Origin: Hyaloraphidium curvatum SAG 235-1
Lineage: Eukaryota; Fungi; Monoblepharomycota
DNA length: 64,000 nucleotides
NCBI GenBank assembly: GCA_025558095.1
Contig: JAIVFI010000005.1
Span: 744,001 to 808,000, forward strand
Direction of reading: 5' to 3'
Below the pieces are notes generated by a model. It was not told the DNA's origin. It saw only the letters and a program-made list of their open reading frames with translations, and searched no databases. The stretch's first letter is position 1, and each line of letters starts with the position of its first letter. Shown here in pieces: positions 11,135 through 22,132 of the stretch. A program made the position numbers and the translations under genes.

Positions 11135-12882
11135 ATGGCGGCAACCGGAGTCGCTACCGCCGTCAATGCTGCTGCCACCGTGCTCACTTTCGCTTCGGGC
11201 GAAGATGCGATGCGCGGCGCAGGGGGGAACGTCGCCGGCGCCGTGGCGGAACTGTTCGACCGGGGGCAGGCGCTCTGGGCCAAGGCCAAGACCCTCAAGA
11301 AACTCGCGCCGGCGGTCAACGAGCTCCTTAAGGCGGACACGGATCTCGGGCAAAAGCTCAGCCTGGCAAAAGACATCGTCGGCGACGTCGTCGCGGTCGG
11401 GGCCGCTGTGAAAGATATATTGTCCAAGCCGTTGGCCGACGGATCTTTCCTGGGCGCGGGCCTCGGCGCCGCTGCTTCGGAGCTCGTTGCAAACGGTGCC
11501 GCGGTGATTGGCAGCGTTGGCAGCGCTGCTGCCGCTGTGCCCCTCGGACTCGGGGTTGCCAACGCATTCCTTAGTGCCGTCTCCGTGGGAATCGGCGTTC
11601 GCACGCTGCAGAAGCTGGGCAAAGTCGCCGAAGATGTCAAGCAGATCTATGGCCGCGCGGAGGACATCGACAAGAAGCTCGACAGGACAAACAGCTCCCT
11701 CGATCTGGCGCATACGAAACTAGATAGCATTCTCAACCTGCAGCAGCGGGCGAACGCGGGCATAGGTGGGCACGCATTTCGTGCAGTGTTCTCTGGATGG
11801 GAGTTGACCAGGCGTCTGAAAGGCAAGCTCATCCGGGGCCAGGGCGAGTTGATGGATGCTCTCAAGAGACTGCCGGCCGAGGCGGCGCAAGCGCAGGCAC
11901 TGGTGCAGCTGACCATAAACGTGCCCGCGCTAGCGATGAGCCGCAGCCAGTACTTTGCGCTGGTTAATGAGAAGGGCACCGACGCGCCGGATGTGGCCAC
12001 AATGAAGGTGCATCTACTGCGTGACGCGAACCTGATAGTCGCTACCGCCATCGAGCTGGCCCGGGCCGCCGTTGCACCTGGGCAGGCCTCGGATCCCGAA
12101 CGCCTGTGGAATCTGTTCTGCACGCGTGCGTTTGCCCTGCGGTGCAAGGCGGAGGTGGAGGCTGAGCAGCGCAACGGCCTCCTGTTGGTGCACAAGGAAA
12201 TCTCTGACCTGGCTAAAGAAATCAAGGAGACAGGAGCAAGTCTCTGCAGGGGCATGACGGTCAAACAGCTCGTCGCGGGGGAGTGGGACCTCGTCCTCAA
12301 CTATGCTGTTTTGTACCGGATGGTGCTCCTCGGCGTGGCCGGTGACTACATCGACTTCGAAACGGCCGACGGCAAGACAGATGAGGTCGAAAAGAAAGAG
12401 GTCGACAAGGTAAGCCCGTGGGGTGTCGTGGGAGGGAGCGCGACACACTCACGGCGCGCCAGGTGGTTTCGGATCTAGTGTCCTGCCTCGCGGACGACGT
12501 CAACCTCCACATGTCCAACCTCGCGGCGGCCTTTGGGACTGAAAGGGTGTGCTGGGTCCCCCTCCGCTCGCCCGAAGACATCAAGTGGTTCCGAAAGGCT
12601 GCGCTGCCCGAGCACCGTGACAAGAACCCCGTCGCCGTCAACCTGGCGGCGATCGCCGTCTCCCTCGGCGGGCAGGGCGTGGCACAGCGCGTAGACGAGG
12701 GCAAGGCCAAGACGCTCCTCGCTGCCGCGCTTCCCGACTTCCACGAGAACCTCGCCCGGGCGGTGCGCCTCCTGTTCGACCTCGACGAGAAGGCCGCGAT
12801 CGGCATCGAGAGGCGTGGTGTGGACGCGGCAGGCTTCTGCTTTGCGCAGGATCTGGGCGCGGGGACCCGTGCGCTTCGTTAA
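11135..12882 (+). CDS. Helical protein with a Gly/Ala-rich hydrophobic segment followed by a coiled coil (possibly membrane-inserting); intron ~12410-12463
   Basis: ORF 11135-12409 is spliced (GTAAGC...CCAG) to VVSDLVSCL...; the segment FLGAGLGAAASELVANGAAVIGSVGSAAAAVPLGLGVANAFLSAVSVGIGV is followed by KLGKVAEDVKQIYGRAEDIDKKLD. Confidence 0.75.
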
Positions 12883-12985
12883 GCCGGGACGCCCGGCAAC
12901 TTGTCTGCATCTCCCTGCTCGTCCGGATAGAGCCGAAATAGGCCGGTTTGGCCGGCACCATCGCGCCCATGCAAACCAAGTGCCT

Positions 12986-13921
12986 TCAATGCAAAACAAT
13001 ACGCTTTGCCAGCTCCTTGTTGACATAAAGCAGATCGTACTGGTCCACTTTCGAGTGGAACACGAAACCCAGTCGACCCATCACCTCGCGAACTTTGCGC
13101 TCGGCTTCCGGGGTGTTGACCTCCACCGTCATCACCCTCACATCCAGCCGGCTAAAGTCGGTCGACTTCAGGATCGCCGATTCTGATCCTTCCGTATCCA
13201 AGCTCCAGTAGTCGATCAGGTGCACCATGCCTGGCACAGAGCCGGGCATCGAATCCAGCAGGTCCAACAGAGGCCAACAGTCCACCTCGCCCAGATGCCC
13301 GTCCCCGCCTTCATCGACGAACCAGGAGTGGTTTGAATCCTTCAGCAGCCTCATCTTGTCCTTCATCGGCTCGTCGATGTAGGCTTCGATGCCGCCGAGT
13401 CCGGCTCCCATCCGCCACACGACCCGCTTCCGCGTCCCCGAGTCCGAGAGGCACACGCCGGCCATCCAGCTCGTGCGGCGGCTGGCCCGCAACTTCCGGA
13501 AATTCAGCGGATTGCCTTCGACGAGGAGACCCGTCCAGCCGACGGTCTCCATGAATAAGGTATTCGAGTCCCATACGCCGTCCAGAGCCCCCGACTCGAC
13601 GAAGAAGCCATTCGACTGGTTGCCCAGCAGGCTGTAAACCAGACTGTCCTGCCCGAACTGGCTGTGAAAACGCCCCTTGTATTGGGCATGGGAGGGATCC
13701 GGATCCAAGGCGCGTTCAAGCACGTTTGGTTCCGGGGGGCGGGCAGACAGTCCCTGGAAACGCAAATCGCGGAGATGTGCCGAAGGAGCCAGGAGCAAGC
13801 ATGCGAAGAGGAGGAAGAACAGCGCGGAGAGGAGCGCGAGGACGCGCGCGAGGCCCGTGTTCGTGGGCACGCCGCGCGTCAAGTCGGCGAGCAACGGGGT
13901 CCGGAGCGCGAGCTTCGACAT
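12986..13921 (-). CDS. FkbM-family (Methyltransf_21, Star-like) SAM methyltransferase with an N-terminal TM anchor
   Basis: SQFGQD, GFFVESGALDG..DSNTLFME..GWTGLLVEGNP and IDYWSLDTEGSE motifs; hydrophobic anchor VLALLSALFFLLFACLLLA. Confidence 0.9.
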   Translation of the reverse strand: MSKLALRTPLLADLTRGVPTNTGLARVLALLSALFFLLFACLLLAPSAHLRDLRFQGLSARPPEPNVLERALDPDPSHAQYKGRFHSQFGQDSLVYSLLGNQSNGFFVESGALDGVWDSNTLFMETVGWTGLLVEGNPLNFRKLRASRRTSWMAGVCLSDSGTRKRVVWRMGAGLGGIEAYIDEPMKDKMRLLKDSNHSWFVDEGGDGHLGEVDCWPLLDLLDSMPGSVPGMVHLIDYWSLDTEGSESAILKSTDFSRLDVRVMTVEVNTPEAERKVREVMGRLGFVFHSKVDQYDLLYVNKELAKRIVLH

Positions 13922-15029
13922 GATACTGTCCGATGCGGAGGCATGGTTGCCCGATGAGAGGCTCGGAGGGGACGGGGCAGCATTTGGCATGAGGGCATGG
14001 AGCAACGGACTCGCAGTGCGTCTGACGAGGCAAGACGACCCCTGTCCACCCTGCTGCTCGTTCCACATCGCCAATGCCGTTTTCTACCCCGCGCATTGTG
14101 CCGGATCCCTGTTTCGCTGCTTTCAACTTTGTCGGTCAGCTTGTCGGTCCCTACGTGCCCCCATCTTCCGCATCCACCCGACGCGCTGGTTCACGCGCAT
14201 TCCAATGGCACGGCCACAAATTCGTGTTCGGCGGCGAGAAATGAGCCCGGATGATTGGCAGACGGCCCGGGAGGCCGTGCGGAAAGCTGGCGGACTAGCG
14301 CGGGGCCGGATCCCCTTGCAACGCTCCCCGACGCGTTGAACCTCCGAAACCGGTACCCGGATCAAGCGAATGAATTCACTGCGGTATGTATGCACCAGGA
14401 CCTTGTAGAAATTGCTTCTCTTCGGCGGATTTTGGAGGTGGCTTCCGTCGAGGGTAGGCTGGGTCGGGGTTGAAAATGATGGCGGGGTGCATACGCGACG
14501 CTTGGGATGGGAAGCGACCTCTCTGCGCCTCTTTCTGATTCTAGTGGATGCTCTGGAATGTCCAGTGCCAGCAAAGGGGAAGCGCGGGCGGCGAGACGTC
14601 GCGCCCCGTGGAGCAAAGCGGCCGGACCGATGCCCGGTTGGCTCTGGCCGTCCATTGGAGCGTGGACTCCTCCGAAACGTGCATGGGCCGTCCTGTGCAG
14701 TGGTCGCAACTCGCGCATTGGTCGCATACCTCGAACTGCCTCCGAACCTCGCGAAACGGCCGAAGGTTCCGCGGTGGTCCGCCCTCCTTCCCCTGGCCTC
14801 TTCATGCAGGGCAAGATAGACAATCGTGCCTTGCGGCCTCCGCTTTGTGGCTTCTGGCGCCACACGGCGTTAAGGTCCACGAATCCTAGGGGTCCATGTG
14901 ATGGCATGGAGCTCGAGAACTTTTCGCTTTCTTCTTCATCTTCTTCATCAACTCTCGCCCGTCGCATCGCCTCCGCTCCGAGGCCACGACTCGCCGCCGC
15001 CTCCTCGCGACTTTCTGCCGCCGAAGAAG

Positions 15030-15611
15030 ATGTCGCTCTGCACCTGCGAGGCCGCCGCCGCCCCCCGGTACATCTCTCTGTACAGCAACCCCGACGCTCC
15101 CGCCCGCGACGTGATGCCCCGGGTCGTCGCGCGCCAGCCCTCGCTCGGCCGGTACCTCAGCTGCTACGACTTCTCGGACCGGCTGGGCTTCTTCGCCTTC
15201 GAGGAGGTGCGGCTGAAGTGGGCGGTCGCCGCGGACAAGCCCGGCGCCCACGAGGCATTCGCCGCGTTCCTGCGCGGGAGGTTCGGCCCCGCGTCGGTGA
15301 AGGACATGTTTGCTTTGCAAGCCATCGCGGAGGAGCACGCCCCGGAGCCGGTCGCCGCCGCCGAAGCCGCTGCCGAGCCCGAGGCCCCGAACGCCATCCC
15401 TGCCGTCACAGAGGCCAAGCCGGCCCGCCGCCGCTTCTTCCCGCGCCTGTCGGACATCCGCCTGCGGTTCTGGCGCCGCAGTGCTCAGTGGACTTTGCCA
15501 GTGACAGATGCTATCTACTCTAAGAGCCCGAGATGGGCAGGGGACACGCGGACGGGGACGATGTGGGATGGGCGAAGTCGTGTAGGGGCTTGCGAGGTCC
15601 TGGTGGCCTGA
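15030..15611 (+). CDS. Hypothetical protein
   Basis: ORF with C/G-ending codon bias (MSLCTCEAAAAPRYISLY...), preceded by a pyrimidine-rich leader. Confidence 0.5.
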   Translation: MSLCTCEAAAAPRYISLYSNPDAPARDVMPRVVARQPSLGRYLSCYDFSDRLGFFAFEEVRLKWAVAADKPGAHEAFAAFLRGRFGPASVKDMFALQAIAEEHAPEPVAAAEAAAEPEAPNAIPAVTEAKPARRRFFPRLSDIRLRFWRRSAQWTLPVTDAIYSKSPRWAGDTRTGTMWDGRSRVGACEVLVA

Positions 15612-16740
15612 CTGTGTCTAGAATGATTGTTGACGATGCAGAGCTGTTGTCTGTAGACCTCTAGTTGGCTCAATGAGAGTTGCGGATGTGCCTCACGAGT
15701 CTCCTGTCCGCGCAGGCCGAAGAGGGCACCTGGCGACCAACAGATGGCAAACGAGGTCCGAAAGCCGGCAAACGGCAAGCAGCCAAACCGAAGATGTCAG
15801 AGAGCAGGCGAAATAGCGACCTGCCGCTCGTCCGACCGCCGAGATTCGGAGAGCCCGATCTGTGAACGCTGTTGACACACACCAGCCCGGCGTCGCTCGA
15901 CCGTCCTCCCGTTCCCTCCAAAGCCAAGATGGGGAGCGAGCAAATCGGGGTCTCCGGCCGCTCGATGGGGTCTCCGGGGACGACTCGGCACGGTAACGGC
16001 GGGAAAACGTGGTTCTCGCCGCAGCCGAGGGGGATGGAACTGTTCGTCCATGGAGGTCCTTCCGGCAAGTCGCAGGCACGTATCGGAACCATCGTGGCAG
16101 GAAGGAAGCAACGAAGCTTCGAATGGGATCCTCTGGAGGCGAAAGATGGCAGACATATCGCCGTTGAACGTCCCTCGCAGGCGGTTGGTCCCCAGAGCCA
16201 GATATGCGTGCCGCTTCCGAATTCCCGCGAGCCACGGAGGTCCAAAGAAGTGTATGCGGCCATTGAGCATTGAGAATGGGCCATGCAAAGAAGAGAGACG
16301 CGTGGGGAGGCGTCATGGGGAATAGAGTTCAGGTGAGCCACAAGCTGAGCTGGCGCACGAGTCGAAGAACGCTGACGATGCGCGCCTTTGACAAACTTTG
16401 CTGACAGTTTGGAATCGGCCGTTAGCTGGCCGTTGAATGAGGCTCAATGACGGAACGAGAGAGGAGATCGCCGGTGCCGCTTTTGTCGCTCCGCGCATTC
16501 CGAGGAAGCTCAGACCGCGCGTGGAACGTTGAGCGGACTTTGCGGAAGCAGAACACTCTGGGATCCCTCCGGTCTTCTGTGTCGCTCATCGAAGGGACGG
16601 GTCGAGGGTCGATGAGTTGGAGCGACCTTGCGCTGGACCCCTGCCTGCCCTTTTTCCTTTCATCACTCAACCGACTCCCGCTCTTCCCGCGGCGACTTCG
16701 GCAGCTACTGCGACTTCTGCGCTTCAACCGCATCGCGACA

Positions 16741-17337
16741 ATGCACACGCTGCGCCGCGCTGTTCCGCAGCACCAGCTGTGGTGGTCCCGGGAGTTCAGC
16801 TTCGTGCCCGGGGACGACCTGCACCTCACGTCGGACATTTCTGCTGCCGTCGCCGCCGTCACCCTCAAGGACCTCGCGAATGAGCCTCCTTACGCTCCGC
16901 GGCTCCCGTTCAAGCCGTTCCCGCAGCTGCTGGTCGGCTCGCAAGCGAGCCTGCACTCCGAAACGGCACAGGCTGCCGTGCACAACGCCGGCGCCGGACA
17001 AGCCGATGACGGCCGCCTCAGCGCTGTCGGCTCGATGCGCGCTCAGGACTCTGTCCGCCACGATGGCGAGCGCATCGGCCTCGGGGCCGCGGACCCATTC
17101 TCGTTCGTCGTCGGCGACGACGTGCACCTCATGGAGGCCGCGACCTCCGAGGGCGCCGCCAACCGCAATGACATGTTCGCACAGCCCTCGCATGCTGCTG
17201 CCCCCGCAACGCCGGCGCTTAATGCCGCCTGGTCCTGGGAACAGTTGGTCGGCCGGGCCGCGGCCGACCCGGCTTCCGGCGCGCGGAGGCTGGGTCTTCC
17301 GTGCTGGTGCATGAAGCTGAGGAGTATTTTGCGCTAG
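16741..17337 (+). CDS. Hypothetical protein with a duplicated FSFVxGDDxHL motif
   Basis: Coding-like ORF containing FSFVPGDDLHL and FSFVVGDDVHL. Confidence 0.5.
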   Translation: MHTLRRAVPQHQLWWSREFSFVPGDDLHLTSDISAAVAAVTLKDLANEPPYAPRLPFKPFPQLLVGSQASLHSETAQAAVHNAGAGQADDGRLSAVGSMRAQDSVRHDGERIGLGAADPFSFVVGDDVHLMEAATSEGAANRNDMFAQPSHAAAPATPALNAAWSWEQLVGRAAADPASGARRLGLPCWCMKLRSILR

Positions 17338-17527
17338 ACATACGTTGCGTCGGACAGGGCGGTTGGTTGGACGTTGAGTGAGCATGCCAAGGACTGGCAT
17401 GGACAATTGGATTGAAGGGCCGGCTGCATCGAATGTACAGCATCAAAACTGTCAGAACTGGTCACTATTCAATCAAATGGGATATCGCATCCATCGCTCG
17501 AGCTTGGTACTTTCGGTCCTCGATCTG

Positions 17528-19294
17528 CTAGTCGCTCCGAGACCACGCGGTGGACCTGTACGTGCTGAGCCTCATCCACTCGTCCATGCCGGAGCCCGAA
17601 CCGCCCTGCCGCCAACGCTGGCCCGTCGTCTCCACCAGCACCTTCACCATCTCCTGCAGATCATCCTGGGCACCGAGCTTGCCGCCGACCACGAACCGGA
17701 GCTCCGGCGCATCTATCGCGGTCAGCAGCTCCTTCTCCTCCGTAGTGAACCGCCCGGGGGCAGCTGCAACCCGCATCCCGCGCAGACCCAGCTGCCGCAG
17801 CTTCGGCCACCCGCCCGGAAGCTGCAGCGCACCGGCAAGGAGGGGAAGAGGCTGTTGCTTTGCACCCTGGAGCTTCTCCTTCTTCAGGACAAAGTTGGTA
17901 TCGACGTCGAGGCCGAGCGTCTCGAGCTTGCTGGAGCATGCAGCATGGATGATGGACACGAGGTTGCGGAAGAGCTGGGAGGGCGAAATCAATCAACGAA
18001 AGTTTACGACCGTCCACGGGCGACCAACCCTGTCGACCGTCTCCTGCGGCCGCGCCGGGTTGGGCACTTGGAAGGTGGAGGAAAGGCCGACGAGAATGTG
18101 ATCAATCAACAGGGTGCGGAGGCGGGGCATGGGCTCCAACGCCGGCAAGGGGACGGCCAAGTCGGAGTTCGAGGAGCGGCTGTGGGTCGTGAAGCCCGAA
18201 ATGTGAAGGTACTCGAGTTCCGAAAACAAGGACCCAAGCTGGGCAATGGCGGCCGGATCCACCGAAAGCGAATGCCTATCCGTGTTCACTGTGGCGTGGG
18301 AAGACAAGGAGAAGGAAAGAGTCAGATGCTCTGTCCGGGTTCTCATCGTGAATGGAACCAACGCGAAAGCCTCACGATCCTCGAGAACCCGTGGGCTCCG
18401 CCGGGTCTCAGCGCCGAACCAGCTCTTGCGAACCTCGCGAGTTCCGCGGCGCTGATGTAGTGCATCATGAGGCAGAGATCTTCGATGTTGGGATTCTGGT
18501 CGAGGATCTTGACGACCGTGTCGGCGTAGATCTTGGAGTTCCTAACGACGAAACGGCGCAGATTCGGGGCGTACGCCTTGGAAGCCTGCTGAATCGCATG
18601 GTCCGTGAGCGATTTCTCGCCCGAGAGCTCCAAGTCGACGACGTTGGGAGTCCACGCGAATATCCTGAGGCCAGCATGAGCGTTCACATCATCACACGAT
18701 TGAAATCGCCCACTTCTTGAGGTCGGGCGAGCTCAGGTCGCTCGTTGCCTGGTAATGGATCTTGCGAATGTTGGCCAGATCAAGCGTCTTGAAGCACCCT
18801 TCCGCCCTTCCGAACAGCCGAGAGATCGACGACAAAGTGAAGTGCCTCGGCGGTTTCTTGAGGAATCCCCATTCGAACTCCGCGCTCTCCCACAGAACAG
18901 GGACCTTGAGCAGCTCCCGCCACGACCGGCAAACAAGGGCAGCAGCGCGCAGACGATCGACGAACGGCAGCATCGAGAAGATGAGCAGCTGGACCTCGTT
19001 CGGTAGCGCCGCAAAGGCGCCGACGGCCCCACTCCGGAGATCCTTGGCGACGACGTCGATCTTCTGCGACACGAGCTCGCGCCGGTTCTCGGGCAACCTC
19101 GCCTTGACGTGTTCGAGCGGCACCGCGCCGCTCCGCATGGCCTCCAGCATCAGGTCCTCGAGGTCCGCGCGCGGCAGGCGGTTCACGAGCGCAGCGGCGA
19201 GCGTGTTGCCGTCGTCCTGCGTCTTGGCGGCCTTGCGGCGCGGCGCGCGCCCCTTCTTGGCCGTGGAGGCGTCCTGAGCTTCCGTCCCCTCCAT
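17528..19294 (-). CDS. F-box/LRR protein, multi-exon
   Basis: F-box FAALPNEVQLLIFSMLPFVDRLRAAALVCRSWREL; downstream exons carry LRR-like repeats (PNVVDLEL, PNLRRFVV, PNIEDLCL, PRLRTLLI, PKLRQLGL). Confidence 0.85.
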
Positions 19295-19517
19295 GGCGAA
19301 CGGGTGGCGATGCGGGCAAAGAGCGGCGCTCGGACGGACTAGAGGGATTCCGAAGTACACGAGGAGGACCGGAAGTCGCGAGGACGCGTCGCACGAGCCG
19401 CGAATTGGTCCTGTACACGCAGAAAAGCAGTTCGAGCAGAGCAGCGGCGCGAAAGACCTTTCTATACACCACAAATCAACTTGGCTTACTCCGCCGCCTT
19501 GGGAGAACGAGCGCAGA

Positions 19518-20099
19518 ATGCCGACGGTTTTCGTCCGCGCCGCCGTCAACTTTAGGCCCTCGTGGGAGATGGAGGCCGAGCACGGCAGCATGCCCATGGA
19601 GGACGCCATTCGCGAAGTGGAAGAGCGGATGTGGGCCTCGCTCCGGGGTTCCGCGATGCCGTGCTTCAACTGCCAGTCTGAGAACTCGGACGACCGGCTC
19701 GTGGCCATTAGCACGCGCTCGCCCGCGGACCTGACCATGGTCTCCTACACGATCCTGGCGTACTGCGCCAAGCCCGAGTGCAAATTCCACGCGGGGCGGT
19801 CGAGCGAGTTTGAGCTTGAGATGTTCGAAAGCATTGGTTGTCACAGCAGCAGGGCGTGCACCGGGTGCCGGCGCTCTTTCCGGACGGGGGAGCTGCAGCG
19901 CTGCGGGAAGTGCAAACACAGCTTCTACTGCTCGCGGGACTGCCAGGCCAAGGACTGGCCACACCACAAACCCGAATGTTTCAAGCCGCCAGCGAGACCG
20001 CCGGCGGAGAAGGAGAGCCTGGCGGGGGCACGGTCGGTTTTGAAGGACCCGAAGAGTGCGGAGGTGCTCAAGCAATATTTGATGTCGAGATCAATCTAG
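19518..20099 (+). CDS. MYND zinc-finger protein
   Basis: CTGC...LQRCGKCKHSFYCSRDCQAKDWPHHKPEC is a canonical zf-MYND. Confidence 0.9.
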   Translation: MPTVFVRAAVNFRPSWEMEAEHGSMPMEDAIREVEERMWASLRGSAMPCFNCQSENSDDRLVAISTRSPADLTMVSYTILAYCAKPECKFHAGRSSEFELEMFESIGCHSSRACTGCRRSFRTGELQRCGKCKHSFYCSRDCQAKDWPHHKPECFKPPARPPAEKESLAGARSVLKDPKSAEVLKQYLMSRSI

Positions 20100-20226
20100 C
20101 CCATTGAAGACTGGGGCCCGGACTTTGTGAGTGTGGGGGTCAGGAAGGTAGCGAGTTAAATGGGTTATCTGGGCAGAGCGGAGCAAAGAGGCTGCGCGGA
20201 GTGTAGCATTCGACGCGGGTACACCG

Positions 20227-22017
20227 TCAGCCAATCTCGAGCATGTCCTTGGCCACCTCGAACAGCGCGAACCCCTGCCGACGACATCGATCAGCGTTCC
20301 TTACAAAGCACCACCATGCGAGAAGACACCCACGATCCCGACCCCCGGTGCGGCCTTGGCCAGCGTCGGGACAAGCCCCTTGTAGAACCCGCGGGGCCCG
20401 GTCGTCCTCAGGAGCTTCCTGAAGCAGTCCCACGTCGAGGAGTAGGTCTCGGGGTTGGTCACGGTGTTTTGGGACTGCATGCGGGCGCGAAGCACCGTAA
20501 GCGGGTCTGTCGGAGAGGTGAGGGAGGCCAAGCGGACGCCGCGCGCGGGACCCACAGACGGCCGTCTCGGCGGCGGCCCCCGCCAGGCACCCGATCCCCA
20601 GTATCATCACCAGGTGTGGCCTGGACTCGGTCGCCTGCGCGTTCAGGTACCCGTTCTTGAGCGTCTCGAAGACGCTCAGGTTGATCCCCGCGTAGGGCAC
20701 GATGCCCGTCAGCGCGAGCGGGAAGCCCCGGTAGAAGGCGCGCCACCCTCCGTCGCGGAGCATCGACTGCGCCGTGTGGATCGCCGGGTGGTCGTGCACG
20801 ATGGAATGATACAGCGCGCGCCAGCTAATGCCGCGGCGCTGCGAGGGAGGTGTCCGCGGCCGGGGGGCCGACAAGGTGTGGAAACGGCGGGCGCGGGCGT
20901 CCGCCGCCGCCGAAGCTGTCCGTCCGATTGAGCCAGCGGCCTCGTCCGCCGCGGCGTCCTTCGCCACGTTGCTCATCATCCGGATCCGGAGGACGTCCAT
21001 CGGGTATACCACGCTCGTGGACGCCAGCCCGCCCATGGCGCCCGCCATGAACCTCCCCGCGGGCGAGATGCTCATCCCGTCGTCCACGCGTTCCATCCGC
21101 GCCACCATCACCCTCGTCTGGCCCAGCGCCAGGCTCCGCGTGGCCGCCTCGGGGATCACCTTGACCACGGAGATGAGGTTCCCGCGCCAGAAGCCGCGCA
21201 CGAGGCCGCCGTCCCGGCCGATGGTCCGAATGGTGGTCCGCACGCCGTCGGCGAAATCGCGGCGGCCTCGGGCGGTGAGGAGGGTCCACCATTTCGGCCG
21301 CTTGCGCTCGCCGCCGCCCAAAGAAAGGTACACGCGTATCCGTTCGGCAGGCGCGGTGCAGGTCCTCGACGCCGCGGCGGATATCGAAGACGCGAGAATG
21401 TACTTGTACCGCGTCCCTTCGGCCTTGGCCTCGTCGGGGGGCAGCGGGACAAACTCGACGCCCGCGACGGCGGCGCCGAACAGCGTCTGGTAGTAGCCGA
21501 ACGCCGACACGAGGTCCACCGCGTCGGGATTCAGCGCAAAGGCCTCGCGGAACTCGACCCACGACACGGTCGCGTCGCCGTCGCGGTTCAGGTTCCCGAC
21601 GAAGCGGGACAGCGACTTGTCCGAGACGGAGATGCCCTTTGCCGCCAGCGCGTCCTTGAGCTCCGCCATCTCGATCTGCCCGTCGCCCGACGCGTCGATC
21701 TGGCCGAACAGCGCGTACAGGTCGCGCTCCTGGGCCTCGACGAACCGGCAGAACTCGCCGGCGTCCACAAGCCCGTCGCCCGACTCATCTGCGCGCGCCA
21801 GCAGCCCGTCGGCGAGGCGGCCGGCGGCCTCGGTGCCCGCGGCGCCGGATTTGGCCAGCGACTCGAGCTTGCGCCGCAGCTCGTCAGCCGTGAGCGTCCC
21901 CGACCGGTCGGCGTCGATCGAGCGGAACAGCCGCATGAGCCGCGCATGCCGCTCCCCCGGCGTTTCCAGCTCGTCGTACGTCGGCCGAGCGCCGCCCGCC
22001 CGTCCCTCCGCCGCCAT
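20227..22017 (-). CDS. SAL1: Ca2+-binding mitochondrial ATP-Mg/Pi carrier (SAL1/SCaMC), introns near the 3' end
   Basis: EF-hands (DADRSGTLTADE, DESGDGLVDAGE, DASGDGQIEMAE, NRDGDATVSWVE) plus carrier repeats (SRTCTAPAERIR, FWRGNLISVVKVIPE, YPMDVLRIR, GIVPYAGINLSVFETLK). Confidence 0.92.
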   Translation of the reverse strand: MAAEGRAGGARPTYDELETPGERHARLMRLFRSIDADRSGTLTADELRRKLESLAKSGAAGTEAAGRLADGLLARADESGDGLVDAGEFCRFVEAQERDLYALFGQIDASGDGQIEMAELKDALAAKGISVSDKSLSRFVGNLNRDGDATVSWVEFREAFALNPDAVDLVSAFGYYQTLFGAAVAGVEFVPLPPDEAKAEGTRYKYILASSISAAASRTCTAPAERIRVYLSLGGGERKRPKWWTLLTARGRRDFADGVRTTIRTIGRDGGLVRGFWRGNLISVVKVIPEAATRSLALGQTRVMVARMERVDDGMSISPAGRFMAGAMGGLASTSVVYPMDVLRIRMMSNVAKDAAADEAAGSIGRTASAAADARARRFHTLSAPRPRTPPSQRRGISWRALYHSIVHDHPAIHTAQSMLRDGGWRAFYRGFPLALTGIVPYAGINLSVFETLKNGYLNAQATESRPHLVMILGIGCLAGAAAETAVCGSRARRPLGLPHLSDRPAYGASRPHAVPKHRDQPRDLLLDVGLLQEAPEDDRAPRVLQGACPDAGQGRTGGRDRGCLLAWWCFVRNADRCRRQGFALFEVAKDMLEIG

Positions 22018-22132
22018 CGCGCGTGGCGCCGCGTGGCCGCGCGGTGTTTGGGACGCAGACTCCGCGTTAGCGAATTTCGCGTATTTGACCCCCAACAAAC
22101 ACAACTGCGACTTGCCGGGGTCGCATCCCGCG

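Noticed and set aside
17451-17464. 14-mer GTCAGAACTGGTCA identical to 11051-11064
   Set aside because: This isolated match lies in a 3' intergenic region with no flanking similarity and is probably chance.
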